This document shows positions 1-9,197 of a stretch of DNA of 64,000 nucleotides, in pieces (position 1 is the stretch's first letter; the number at the start of each line of letters is the position of its first letter). The notes below the pieces were generated by a model that ran no database searches, had not been told where the DNA came from, and saw only the letters and a list, made by a program, of their open reading frames with translations. The position numbers and the translations under genes were made by a program. Origin of the DNA: a virus; the IMG/VR virus record IMGVR_UViG_3300045988_170760, positions 1 through 64,000 of that record, one strand, 5' to 3'.

Positions 1-175
1 CTTTTTTTTTGCAATATTGTCTTTTTTCAAAATGTCTATATATATTTCCATGTTCTGTAAATGCTATTGCCTTTATATTATTATCCGCACAAAAGTCAAC
101 ATAATCCTTAAAATTAGTGCAACTATCTAATAAACTCATTTCTGTGTGGACATGATATGGAACATATGTTGTCAT
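1..175 (-). CDS. Replicative DNA polymerase III alpha-like protein, N-terminal PHP domain (partial, continues past window start)
   Basis: Minus-strand ATG at 173-175 follows a GGAGGGGG SD. My translation is MTTYVPYHVHTEMSLLDSCTNFKDYVDFCADNNIKAIAFTEHGNIY, which matches the HxH...SLLD...(A)FTEHGN opening of DnaE/PolC PHP domains. The frame is open to the window edge and is absent from the ORF track because it is truncated. Confidence 0.6.
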   Translation of the reverse strand, partial: MTTYVPYHVHTEMSLLDSCTNFKDYVDFCADNNIKAIAFTEHGNIYRHFEKRQYCKKK

Positions 176-176
176 A

Positions 177-695
177 TTAATCCCCCTCCCCTTTTAAAAC
201 CTTTAAAGCTTGTAAATATTCTTTACCTTGAAATCCTGTATCGTGCTTACATTCTACCATGTGTTCTGTAAAATTTAACTTTCCTTTATATTTGTTACCA
301 GTAATATCATAAGTATCATCATCTATTATAACATAATTTTCAGTTAATAAATTATTATCAAATAAATATTGCTCAATTTCATAACCTCTTATCATATCTT
401 TATGTCTTTTTGTAATGTCAAAAGGTATTTCATATCCTAAATTATTGAATATTTTTTCTTTGACTTTATTTATCCCTTTTTGATTTAACCTCCAAGTACT
501 GGATAAAACAACTTTTATATCATCTTTAAAATGTTCTATTAATTTACATAATAAATTTAAACTAATTGGGTCAAAAATATCTAAATCCTTATGCATTATT
601 TCATAGGCTCTGTCTCTACCTAACATTTCAAAAGTATAAATAGTATAATTCATGTTATTTAAAACACCATCTATATCCAAAAATATTAATTTCAT
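177..695 (-). CDS. HAD-superfamily phosphatase (DxDGxL / SSTWR / IIDDD motifs; resembles HAD domains associated with RNA-repair systems)
   Basis: ORF track. Motif I is FLDIDGVLN, motif II is LSSTWR and motif IV is IIDDD. Its stop abuts the polymerase start. Confidence 0.6.
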   Translation of the reverse strand: MKLIFLDIDGVLNNMNYTIYTFEMLGRDRAYEIMHKDLDIFDPISLNLLCKLIEHFKDDIKVVLSSTWRLNQKGINKVKEKIFNNLGYEIPFDITKRHKDMIRGYEIEQYLFDNNLLTENYVIIDDDTYDITGNKYKGKLNFTEHMVECKHDTGFQGKEYLQALKVLKGEGD

Positions 696-934
696 TGCAA
701 CCCCTCATACATCCAAGCTTTTTCTTGTAATTCTTCCAACTTATCTTTAGAAATCAAAATTGTATTCTTTTCTTCTGCATATTCAATAATAGCAATATAA
801 ATCATTTGTCTTGCACTTTCTCTATATATACATTGAACATTTTTTAATTCAGTATAAACATGTTTTTGCATAAAATCATTTACTTCTTTTTCAAATCCAT
901 CCTTATCATTAATTCCTTTTATTATTTTTATCAT
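692..934 (-). CDS. hypothetical protein
   Basis: ORF track 692-988. Likely start is the internal ATG at 934 (MIKIIKG) behind an AAGGAGGA SD. Co-directional and abuts its neighbours. Confidence 0.45.
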   Translation of the reverse strand: MIKIIKGINDKDGFEKEVNDFMQKHVYTELKNVQCIYRESARQMIYIAIIEYAEEKNTILISKDKLEELQEKAWMYEGLQ

Positions 935-935
935 A

Positions 936-1232
936 TTATTCCTCCTTAAATTCTTCAGGAAAAGCCTCCATATACATTTTATTAGCAAACTGAATATAAT
1001 TTTCTAAAGTCTTGGATTGTTTTTCAAGTTGGTTCCAAATAATTTCTTCTTTTATTAACTTTATTTTAATTGGTTGTTTTGCATTTGCAGCTTGTTGTAA
1101 AAGTTGTTCAAATTGCATTTGTATTATATCTGGAATTGCTCGAATTTTTTGTTTTTGTATTTTATTACCTATTTTTATTTCTATAATACATTCTTCTATT
1201 GCAATATCTTCAAATCCAAAATTAACAAACAT
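936..1232 (-). CDS. hypothetical protein
   Basis: ORF track 936-1247. Likely start is MFVNFGF behind a TAGGAGGA SD. Confidence 0.45.
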   Translation of the reverse strand: MFVNFGFEDIAIEECIIEIKIGNKIQKQKIRAIPDIIQMQFEQLLQQAANAKQPIKIKLIKEEIIWNQLEKQSKTLENYIQFANKMYMEAFPEEFKEE

Positions 1233-1258
1233 AATTCCTCCTATCAATCTGTTTTATA

Positions 1259-1516
1259 TCAATACCATAAATCAGCATCTCCCCATCCAGCTGATAAAAT
1301 TTTTATAGAAGATACCTTATTATGTATTAAACTTTCATTGTAAGTTCTTTTATAATAATTTAACTTATTTTTTATGCTTCTATATCTATTAACAATAAAC
1401 TCTGTATCTTTTTGTCCTGGAATAGTTAATTCTACAGCTACACTCTGTGCATGTTCTTTTAAAGCCTCATTGAATATCTCTTCTAATTCTTTCATTGTAC
1501 TTATTTTTCTTAGCAC
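1259..1516 (-). CDS. hypothetical protein
   Basis: ORF track. GTG start 5 nt after a GAGGTG SD. It is the first gene downstream of the promoter at 1534-1562. Confidence 0.45.
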   Translation of the reverse strand: MLRKISTMKELEEIFNEALKEHAQSVAVELTIPGQKDTEFIVNRYRSIKNKLNYYKRTYNESLIHNKVSSIKILSAGWGDADLWY

Positions 1517-1533
1517 TTTATCACCTCTTCTTT

Positions 1534-1562
1534 ATTATACTACAATATAATTAATTTGTCAA
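1534..1562 (-). promoter_or_regulatory. sigma-A/sigma-70 type promoter (TTGACA-N17-TATAAT), leftward
   Basis: The reverse complement reads TTGACA (1562-1557), a 17-nt spacer, then TATAAT (1539-1534). Confidence 0.7.
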
Positions 1563-1567
1563 GTGTT

Positions 1568-2644
1568 TTATAAAAATTTTAATAATTCTTTTTCTGCTTC
1601 ATCTTCTATTGTATCTTCATCTTCTTCGTTTAGCATTTCTTGCATTTCTTTAAAGTCTTGAAAATACTCACAATTATCTCTGTGGTTACACAAATTTGCA
1701 CAATAAAATGAAGTATATGGTGTTATTTCTTTAGGTTCCCACCAAGATATATCATCTTTAAATTGTTCTATTTCCTCGATTTTAGCTTTGATGAAATTTC
1801 GAGTTTCTTTTTTTCTTTCCTCAGTATATTCATAATAACAAATATAATCTTTTATTGTATATTTTTTTTGTATATTTTCGGGCATATTATCTAAAGAGTT
1901 ATTATCAATTGCTATATCTACCATATTTTCTATTTCTAAATCACTGTATTTTTTCAATGATTTTAGTTCTCTTATAATATCTGATTTTAGTTTTTCTACA
2001 ATAAAGCCTTTTTCTGCTATAGTGGTTCGTGTTTTACCATTTTTTAATTTGTAACTTATTTCTACATATTTCAACATTTCCCAAGCTAAATCTCTAATAA
2101 CAAATCCTAAGTTTTCCATTACTATTCCATATAATATTAGCTGTCTTCCTTTTTCTTCTAAGTCAGTATTTGAAAATTTACTACTTGTTTTATAATCTCT
2201 AATAGAGATACTTCCATCTTCATTATATATTACTAAATCTATAATACCTTGTAAGTAATTTCCATCTAATTCAATTAAAAATTGTTTTTCTGTTTCTATT
2301 TTATTATAGTGTGGTGGATTATAATGAGTGGCAAAATACATAATATCCTTTGTCCATTTTTCTTCTATACTATCATTAGGAAAATTAATATCTAATAGAG
2401 TAGCTTCCTTTAGAATTTTTTTTATCTCATTTGGGAAATCTAATTTTTTTCCATTTTGTAAATCTTCTAAACATTTGTGTATGCGTGTTCCTGTAAAACT
2501 ATATATATTATCTTTAGGTAATAAATGTTCCATATAAGTTTGCCAATATTCCCAACCACAATTATCTACCGTATTTAACCTACTGATAGAATAAATAGTT
2601 TTCCCACTTTGCCTTATTTTTTTTATTTGTTCGCTTATTTCCAT
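1568..2644 (-). CDS. PD-(D/E)XK exonuclease, Cas4/RecB-like with 4-Cys cluster
   Basis: ORF track 1568-2665; start taken at the ATG after AAGGAGG (MEISEQ). Motifs: IDLV...IRDYKTS (D...DxK), QLILYG (QxxxY), one N-terminal Cys (NCGWEY) and a C-terminal CANLCNHRDNC. Confidence 0.75.
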   Translation of the reverse strand: MEISEQIKKIRQSGKTIYSISRLNTVDNCGWEYWQTYMEHLLPKDNIYSFTGTRIHKCLEDLQNGKKLDFPNEIKKILKEATLLDINFPNDSIEEKWTKDIMYFATHYNPPHYNKIETEKQFLIELDGNYLQGIIDLVIYNEDGSISIRDYKTSSKFSNTDLEEKGRQLILYGIVMENLGFVIRDLAWEMLKYVEISYKLKNGKTRTTIAEKGFIVEKLKSDIIRELKSLKKYSDLEIENMVDIAIDNNSLDNMPENIQKKYTIKDYICYYEYTEERKKETRNFIKAKIEEIEQFKDDISWWEPKEITPYTSFYCANLCNHRDNCEYFQDFKEMQEMLNEEDEDTIEDEAEKELLKFL

Positions 2645-2654
2645 TTTGACCTCC

Positions 2655-3005
2655 TTATTTTTCATTAAATTTTTCTTTTGTCTGATTGTCTAAGTAGCTA
2701 GTTTTAGTATAATCATATCCAAATGGATACATATAATCTTGATAGTGTTTTTCTTTCCAAGAAACTCTATAAAATTCATCTTTATCTTTATTTTCTTTTA
2801 TTCCTTTTTCTAACCCTTGTATATATCCTTTAAGATATGGTATTTCAGAATATTTATATTTCTTTATTTTGTTTTCTAGGTCTTTAATATAATCTAAAAT
2901 TAAATTTATATATGGCTCGTCCTCGTCATCTAATGCTCCTATATTTAATAGCCACTCCAAATGTCCTTTAGCATTTTCTATATCTTCTTTATTATTAACA
3001 TCCAT
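2655..3005 (-). CDS. hypothetical protein
   Basis: ORF track; co-directional, tightly packed operon; no motif recognised. Confidence 0.45.
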   Translation of the reverse strand: MDVNNKEDIENAKGHLEWLLNIGALDDEDEPYINLILDYIKDLENKIKKYKYSEIPYLKGYIQGLEKGIKENKDKDEFYRVSWKEKHYQDYMYPFGYDYTKTSYLDNQTKEKFNEK

Positions 3006-3006
3006 T

Positions 3007-3273
3007 CTAAAAACTCCATTCTATTAATTTGTTCCTAATATAATTAATATCTTCTGTACAATACCCCCATAAAAAATCTTGCAAATCAAAGGCGATACAA
3101 TCATATAACAATTTAACATCCTTACTACAATCACAGAATTCATCATATCCAAAAATATTTACAAATTCTTCTAAATCATTAAAACTAATCCATACTTTAA
3201 TACTGTCTTCTTCTACTAGATATTCAGTATCCTTCAGAAAAAGTAATAAATCTAAAATCATATCATTATCCAT
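3007..3273 (-). CDS. hypothetical protein (acidic)
   Basis: ORF track; abuts neighbours. Confidence 0.45.
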   Translation of the reverse strand: MDNDMILDLLLFLKDTEYLVEEDSIKVWISFNDLEEFVNIFGYDEFCDCSKDVKLLYDCIAFDLQDFLWGYCTEDINYIRNKLIEWSF

Positions 3274-3276
3274 TAT

Positions 3277-3600
3277 TTACATCTCCAATCCTGCATAGTA
3301 TTCCATAATATCAGCAAATAATTCTACTGCATCAATTTGAGCATTATCATTGTATTCCACATATTCCCCACCAATTGTAACTCCTAATGGGTGTTTATCA
3401 ATATATTTTTTTACAATATTATATATATCCTTCATAACTGTTGCCTCACCTACATGGTCACTTTCTTCTATATAATCGTTATCTTCAAAATATTCGTGAT
3501 ATCTATCAGAAATTTCTTTACATGCTTTTTCATTAATTCTAACTTCTAGTTGATTATCTCCAATTAAAATCATTTCATCATCATTGCAATTAATTACCAT
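3277..3600 (-). CDS. hypothetical protein (acidic)
   Basis: ORF track; abuts neighbours. Confidence 0.45.
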   Translation of the reverse strand: MVINCNDDEMILIGDNQLEVRINEKACKEISDRYHEYFEDNDYIEESDHVGEATVMKDIYNIVKKYIDKHPLGVTIGGEYVEYNDNAQIDAVELFADIMEYYAGLEM

Positions 3601-3602
3601 AG

Positions 3603-3920
3603 TTATTCTTCCTCCATTAAATTAAATAATTTGATTTCTACATATTGTGCTATGTTGTCTAAATTCATTTCTATTTGGTCATAAATATCAATTTTTTTAA
3701 AATGTTCTGGTATATCAAAAAGTCCTCCAACTTGAATTTCATATTCTGTTCTGCTCCAATAATGATATTTAGCCCATTTCTTTATTGCTTCTTTTATTGA
3801 TTTACCCTTATAAACATCATCTATAATTTCTTGTAAAAAACCATCATAAAAAATATTATAAGGAACAATTTTTTTATTATTAAAATCGTATATTAATACA
3901 TTCCAAACCAACTTATTCAT
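3603..3920 (-). CDS. hypothetical protein
   Basis: ORF track 3603-3935. The probable start is the ATG at 3920, which overlaps the upstream stop (ATGAATAA coupling). Confidence 0.45.
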   Translation of the reverse strand: MNKLVWNVLIYDFNNKKIVPYNIFYDGFLQEIIDDVYKGKSIKEAIKKWAKYHYWSRTEYEIQVGGLFDIPEHFKKIDIYDQIEMNLDNIAQYVEIKLFNLMEEE

Positions 3921-4119
3921 ATTTATCTTCATCATCCCATTCTTCTAATATTTCATATGCATAGCCATAATCGCTCCAATTATCTACTCCTGCAGCTTCT
4001 AATGCACATAAAAATCTATCTCTTTCATATAAACCATTCAATTCATCTATTAAATCAGAGCATACTTTTTCATTATATTTTTCTTTTATTGCTTCTTCTA
4101 TCATATTAAAATTAGTCAT
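3913..4119 (-). CDS. hypothetical protein
   Basis: ORF track 3913-4200. The probable start is the ATG at 4119 (MTNFNM), which overlaps the upstream stop. Confidence 0.4.
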   Translation of the reverse strand: MTNFNMIEEAIKEKYNEKVCSDLIDELNGLYERDRFLCALEAAGVDNWSDYGYAYEILEEWDDEDKYE

Positions 4120-4654
4120 ATGTTTCTTTCGCATCTCTTTCTTTCCATTCCTTTTCCCAACATTCTTTGCAATAAATACCCGCAAAAAATCGTCCAGCAA
4201 TTTCTTCTTCTTTTAATGATTTATTACAATCAGAACAGTGTACAATCCCATTAATATATTCATAAGTTATATTTTCTATCCATTCTATAAAGTCATCATC
4301 TGGTATATCATTTATATTAATCTCAAAACATCCTAAATGTTCGCTAAAATCATTATACAAAGAAAATTCTGAGCTATTAGGATGTAAAAAGAAACCAAAT
4401 CTTTTATTTTCTCTCATTAGATATACTTCTGTATTGTCGCAATTTCTTCCAAATACTTCGTTCCTAAATTTAATCCATTTATTTATCGCTTCATATAATT
4501 CCTTAAATGTTATATTACATTCTTGCATTTTCCTAAATATATTTCCAGCAGCACATGTGGTACTTTTTTCACTGCTCCATGGATAAAGTGGTAAAATCAT
4601 CCATGTTCCAGTCCATATTTTTTCTCCTAATTTACTATTAATATCCATCTTCAC
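4112..4654 (-). CDS. hypothetical protein with C-terminal CxxC...CxxC zinc-ribbon-like motif
   Basis: ORF track; the motif is CSDCNK...YCKECW. Confidence 0.45.
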   Translation of the reverse strand: MKMDINSKLGEKIWTGTWMILPLYPWSSEKSTTCAAGNIFRKMQECNITFKELYEAINKWIKFRNEVFGRNCDNTEVYLMRENKRFGFFLHPNSSEFSLYNDFSEHLGCFEININDIPDDDFIEWIENITYEYINGIVHCSDCNKSLKEEEIAGRFFAGIYCKECWEKEWKERDAKETYD

Positions 4655-4659
4655 CTCTC

Positions 4660-4875
4660 CTATACTAATTCACTTTCTATTCCTAGAACATTAAATATTT
4701 CATTAAGTAATTCATATCCAAATTGTGAAAATTCTATATCTGGAGGAGGATTATTATAATCACTATATTTTTCTATATCTTCTTTTTTACAAAACCATAC
4801 ACTATCATTATCAACAAAGCATCTATACTCTTCTTTATTTTCTAACAATAATTCAAACTTTTCTTTATCTGTCAT
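4660..4875 (-). CDS. hypothetical protein
   Basis: ORF track; abuts neighbours. Confidence 0.4.
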   Translation of the reverse strand: MTDKEKFELLLENKEEYRCFVDNDSVWFCKKEDIEKYSDYNNPPPDIEFSQFGYELLNEIFNVLGIESELV

Positions 4876-5090
4876 TATAATATCTCCACCTTATCTAAAA
4901 CTGGAACACCATTTTCCACAAATATTTTATAAAAATTATAATCTTTTTTATCTATGTTATCTCTAGTAAATATAGCTTTTAAATGACTTAGTTTAATCCA
5001 AGACACTTTATTTTTATATCCACACCATCCTGTATTAAAAATTTCTTTTGTGTTTTTATTGATAGCAAAATATAATTCTTTGTTATACAT
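4875..5090 (-). CDS. hypothetical protein
   Basis: ORF track; its stop overlaps the next start. Confidence 0.4.
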   Translation of the reverse strand: MYNKELYFAINKNTKEIFNTGWCGYKNKVSWIKLSHLKAIFTRDNIDKKDYNFYKIFVENGVPVLDKVEIL

Positions 5091-5095
5091 ATCTT

Positions 5096-6109
5096 TTACT
5101 CCTTTCTAAAACAATAATTCTTTAACAATAATTCAAACTTTTCTTTACCAAAATCTGTTGGAGACGATTTACTTCCTTTAGGAAGAACAGTATTATTACC
5201 GTCATAAATACACCATATCTCTTTATTAGTATTAAATATACCTCCTTTTAACTTGTCACATTGAGCTAGAATATGTTCTGCACTTATACCTTCATCTAAT
5301 GCTATAATAACTTTTTTTACTGGTAGAGATTTTATTATCCTGGCTTGCTTGTCTGTAATTGTGCAGTTACCAAGAGCTAATCCATTATGATATCCATAAC
5401 TGTCTAGTTGCATCACAAATTTCTCACTTTCACCTATTATAACATAATCTGCTTTTTTTATTTCTTCTTGGTTCTCATAAATACCATATAAATAATTACC
5501 TTTAGCAAAATTCTTTAAAGTTTTCCATTTAGGGTTGTTTCCTATATTGTCAAAATTATATCTACCTGTAATTCCTACAAGGTCTCCTTTAGTATTAAAC
5601 CATGGCACTATAATTCTTTGACTTATATTATCATAATGTATATTAAATTTATATTGTGTATTAAAGGAAATATTATCTTCTAAAAACCTTATATTTGGGT
5701 GAAATATATAATTGTTTAAAACAGATTTAGGTAAGATATCTTCCTTAATATTTCTTTTATGTTTTACTTTTTTATATACTCCATTAAATATATAAGGTGT
5801 TTTTATATTATCCATATCTTTTATTTTTAATGTATCTAAAACAAATTTTATAGTTTTATTTAAATCCCAATTATTGTGGATACTAATAATATAAAACAAA
5901 CTACCTCCAATTCCTTTACTAAACACATATGTTTGTAAAGTATTACAATTAATAGCAACAGAAGTAGGATTGCCTCCCTCATAATAAGCACATCTTATTT
6001 CATTTTTCCCATCATAAAAAGAGATGTCATGAAAATCAGTTAACTCTAAGATTTTAATTATCTCGTTTGGATTATCGCTTAGATAATGTGTTAATGTTTC
6101 AATTGACAT
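5096..6109 (-). CDS. DNA primase (Toprim domain, DnaG-like)
   Basis: Toprim-like motifs VIIGESEKFV and VIIALDEG. Sits directly downstream of the helicase gene. No clear zinc finger. Confidence 0.6.
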   Translation of the reverse strand: MSIETLTHYLSDNPNEIIKILELTDFHDISFYDGKNEIRCAYYEGGNPTSVAINCNTLQTYVFSKGIGGSLFYIISIHNNWDLNKTIKFVLDTLKIKDMDNIKTPYIFNGVYKKVKHKRNIKEDILPKSVLNNYIFHPNIRFLEDNISFNTQYKFNIHYDNISQRIIVPWFNTKGDLVGITGRYNFDNIGNNPKWKTLKNFAKGNYLYGIYENQEEIKKADYVIIGESEKFVMQLDSYGYHNGLALGNCTITDKQARIIKSLPVKKVIIALDEGISAEHILAQCDKLKGGIFNTNKEIWCIYDGNNTVLPKGSKSSPTDFGKEKFELLLKNYCFRKE

Positions 6110-6124
6110 CCCTCCATCTCCTTT

Positions 6125-7591
6125 TTATAATCTATTCTCTTCGCCTACTTGACATAGACCTATTTCCTTCCATTTATTAAATCTAGGAATAAATTCATAT
6201 ATTACTGTCCTACCTGCTTCACCATTCCTACTCTTACAATGGAAAAATATTTTGTAATGTTTTCCTTCATTTTCTGTAATTGGTATTTCTTCTCTTATAT
6301 TTGTAAATCCATCTATATCCTTCTTATAATTATATGGAATGATACGTTTCCCTTCTTCTCCATTTGAAAATTCGTCTTTCCATATATCCCTAAACATAAA
6401 TATTTCTTCATAAATTTCAGATATTTGTTTACTGTTAGAAAGTACTCCTTCATTTAAATATCTTACCCTACCTTTTGTAGATAAGGCTATTTGTACTGGA
6501 GTAATAATTGCCACTCCTTCCTTAGATGATATTTGGAACAACTCTTTACTGTCATTTAAAAAAGATTGCCAAACAACATCTGTAGTTGCATCTACCTTAA
6601 ATGTATCATAAACAAATAATTCAAAACCTTGTCTTGCCAATTTTTTTATAGTTCTTTTTACATTTTTCATACTATAATCATATACTCTTTGAAATAATAT
6701 TTTAGACTTATATTTTGTATTAATTATTTCATTTGCTTTTCTAAAATATTCCCAATCTTTCTCATTAAAATCTAAATCTTTTAATTTAGTCCTAGTTATA
6801 TCCCAATAATCTAAATCTGTTGTCAATACATGTAAATATAATAAATCTTTAAAAACAATACTATCTTGTTCATTACTAATAACACATATTTTGATATCTT
6901 GGTCTATTAATGGCATTACAATATTCTCAAATACAAAACTTGTTTTACCGCCATTAGTATAACTTGCGAACATAGTAAGTCCTTTTCGTGGGACACCATT
7001 ACAAAAGCTATTAAGAAGAGGACAACTTTTTGAAAATTGTAATCCTATTTGTTCTCCACTTTGTTTACGTTGAATATCTTTTTCTGTATATTCTAATGTC
7101 TCTAATTTTAAATCATGAGTTATATTTAGTGCAATAGAATTTAATTGGGCATCTAAAAAATCTACTACTTCATCTGCTGTATTTAATTCAGAAAAAACAT
7201 TTATGTTCGTTGCAATATCAAATCCCTTTTTATCTAATTTTATCAACAAATTGTTTTTTACTAATTCATTATAATAAGCCTCTATATTATTCTCATCTAA
7301 AACATCAGTATAATCTTCAATAGATTTCCATCCGCCTTTGTCTTCATATTCTAATTTTAGTTCAGGATAATCATTTAAAAAAGATAATATAGAAATTTCG
7401 TCAAATGTTTTAATACCCTTTTTTACCATATTAAATCCTAGATTATAATAAAATTTTCCATCACTTGTTAAAAGGTCAGTATCTGAGTTTATAGGAAAGT
7501 CTCCATATAATTCTATAGGATTTTTATATAAAGATAAAACAAAGTTACCTTCTAATACATCTCTGTTTTTAGTTAAATCTAATTTTCTCAT
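6125..7591 (-). CDS. Replicative DNA helicase, DnaB-like
   Basis: Walker A is SYTNGGKTSF and Walker B-like is ELFVYDTF. 488 aa, adjacent to the primase. Confidence 0.75.
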   Translation of the reverse strand: MRKLDLTKNRDVLEGNFVLSLYKNPIELYGDFPINSDTDLLTSDGKFYYNLGFNMVKKGIKTFDEISILSFLNDYPELKLEYEDKGGWKSIEDYTDVLDENNIEAYYNELVKNNLLIKLDKKGFDIATNINVFSELNTADEVVDFLDAQLNSIALNITHDLKLETLEYTEKDIQRKQSGEQIGLQFSKSCPLLNSFCNGVPRKGLTMFASYTNGGKTSFVFENIVMPLIDQDIKICVISNEQDSIVFKDLLYLHVLTTDLDYWDITRTKLKDLDFNEKDWEYFRKANEIINTKYKSKILFQRVYDYSMKNVKRTIKKLARQGFELFVYDTFKVDATTDVVWQSFLNDSKELFQISSKEGVAIITPVQIALSTKGRVRYLNEGVLSNSKQISEIYEEIFMFRDIWKDEFSNGEEGKRIIPYNYKKDIDGFTNIREEIPITENEGKHYKIFFHCKSRNGEAGRTVIYEFIPRFNKWKEIGLCQVGEENRL

Positions 7592-7603
7592 TTTACACTT
7601 CCT

Positions 7604-8239
7604 CTAATCTAAAAATTTGCTCATATCTCTTTTAGGTAATGGTTTACTAATTATATTTTTATTTAATTGATGTATTATTTCCTCATCATTTATTTTCTTA
7701 GTAAATCCTTCATAAGCTTCTTCCTGTCTTTGCATTTTTTTCCAAACTATTTTTAAATTATTTTTAATAATAGCCATCATATAACTTATTTTTTGATAAT
7801 CAGAACTAAAAACTTTAGTATTAGCATAATCTAAATTCTTCATAGAATATAATATACTATTATATATAATCTTATATGAAAAACTTTGCTTATATAGATT
7901 ATTTAATTTAGATACTAAAATAGGATTAAATTGCTTAGTTTCATTATAACAAAAATATTTAGTACATAAAATATCTATACATTTTTGCCTATATTCTTCT
8001 TCTTCAGAAGGTAATTTTTTATGGTTTTTATGTTTTTGATAATAGTCCCTTTGTTTTTTTCTCTTCATGGCTTTTTTTATTTCTTCTTCATCATAAAGTC
8101 CTTGTTCAGAAAGATTAGAAACAATTTCTTTAAATGTTTTTCGTGATATTTTGACTTTTTTAATTGTTTCTTCTATTGTGTATCCCTCTATTTGTCTTAA
8201 ATCCAATATACTTTTCTCAAGTTTAGTTATTTTTGCCAT
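7604..8239 (-). CDS. HTH DNA-binding protein (possible replication organiser/helicase loader, by position only)
   Basis: The N-terminal segment LRQIEGYTIEETIKKVKISRKTFKEIV looks like a sigma-r4/LuxR-type HTH. Located upstream of the helicase. Confidence 0.35.
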   Translation of the reverse strand: MAKITKLEKSILDLRQIEGYTIEETIKKVKISRKTFKEIVSNLSEQGLYDEEEIKKAMKRKKQRDYYQKHKNHKKLPSEEEEYRQKCIDILCTKYFCYNETKQFNPILVSKLNNLYKQSFSYKIIYNSILYSMKNLDYANTKVFSSDYQKISYMMAIIKNNLKIVWKKMQRQEEAYEGFTKKINDEEIIHQLNKNIISKPLPKRDMSKFLD

Positions 8240-8248
8240 GCTTACCTC

Positions 8249-8473
8249 CTATTTTATATAGTATTTTTTATAATCTTCTTTCATCCTATCAAAAAAATTA
8301 TCAATAATATCATTAGAAATATCTATTTCTTGATTTAAATGAATTAGTTTATCTAATAACATTAAGCAAATTCTATAAATTTCAAATCCATAAGTATGAG
8401 CTTTAAGGTCTATATTAATTGTAGATTGTCTTTCTTTATCTCTATATGCCTTTAATATTAAATTCTCTTCCAT
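8249..8473 (-). CDS. hypothetical protein
   Basis: ORF track. Confidence 0.4.
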   Translation of the reverse strand: MEENLILKAYRDKERQSTINIDLKAHTYGFEIYRICLMLLDKLIHLNQEIDISNDIIDNFFDRMKEDYKKYYIK

Positions 8474-8507
8474 TTAAAACTCCTTTTTAAAAAAATTAAA
8501 AGGGAAA

Positions 8508-9179
8508 CTATTTGTTCCCTTTTTTCTCTACTGGCTTTTCTTCATTCATTAATTCTTGAGGAACTTCAACATTTAAAACATTAGCTAATGAAATAATGTC
8601 TTTTTTGTTTTGTTTTTTAGCTACATCTGCAAAACTAGTATATCCTAAAGTTTTCATCTCTTTTGCAATCTCTTCTTTTGTTTTATCTGTAGCTGATTTA
8701 AATGCTTCTTTTGATTTTTCAACTAATACTTCTAATGCTCCTTTTTCCTTTTTGGCTCTTTTTTTCTTCTCAAAATCTACACTATCAAACATATCAGCTT
8801 CAACAATATCAAATGCATTCATATATAGATATCTTCTTAAATAAGTTTGAACTCCACCTAAGGCTTGAATAGCATTAGCTCCTTTAAGTTCTAAATCTCT
8901 CATTGGAGATGTATATCTAATACAATTATAATCTAATACTCCATTTTCAGTTTTTACTGCATTTGCATCTTCAGCATCTACTATAATTAAAATTCCCTCT
9001 TCATTTGTAAATGTAACTTGTGTAAATAATTTATGCTTTTCACATAATTCAATAATAGAGGGCATAAAATCTCCTAATTCATAATATTTAAATCCTGCAA
9101 ACTTATTTTCTCCAGATTTTTTTAGTTCTCTCTCAGATAATTCTTTTTTTACTAGTTGAACTTTTTCATAAATATTCAT
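8508..9179 (-). CDS. ERF-family single-strand annealing protein
   Basis: N-terminal KFAGFKYYELGD plus GGVQTYLRRYLYMNAFDI are typical ERF superfamily signatures. Confidence 0.7.
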   Translation of the reverse strand: MNIYEKVQLVKKELSERELKKSGENKFAGFKYYELGDFMPSIIELCEKHKLFTQVTFTNEEGILIIVDAEDANAVKTENGVLDYNCIRYTSPMRDLELKGANAIQALGGVQTYLRRYLYMNAFDIVEADMFDSVDFEKKKRAKKEKGALEVLVEKSKEAFKSATDKTKEEIAKEMKTLGYTSFADVAKKQNKKDIISLANVLNVEVPQELMNEEKPVEKKGNK

Positions 9180-9197
9180 ATAATCTTCCTTTCTAAT

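Noticed and set aside
1012-1343. Plus-strand ORFs 1012-1308 and 1104-1343 (98 and 79 aa)
   Set aside because: They lie antisense to well-supported leftward genes. Their composition is Cys/Phe/Ile-rich and low in complexity, typical of AT-rich antisense frames. There is no SD. The same reasoning rejects 2328-2537, 8596-8844, 9156-9344, 10129-10359, 12735-12986, 12841-13185, 18602-18805, 23208-23438, 25336-25791, 26544-26810, 26734-27270, 28424-28630 and 28986-29189.
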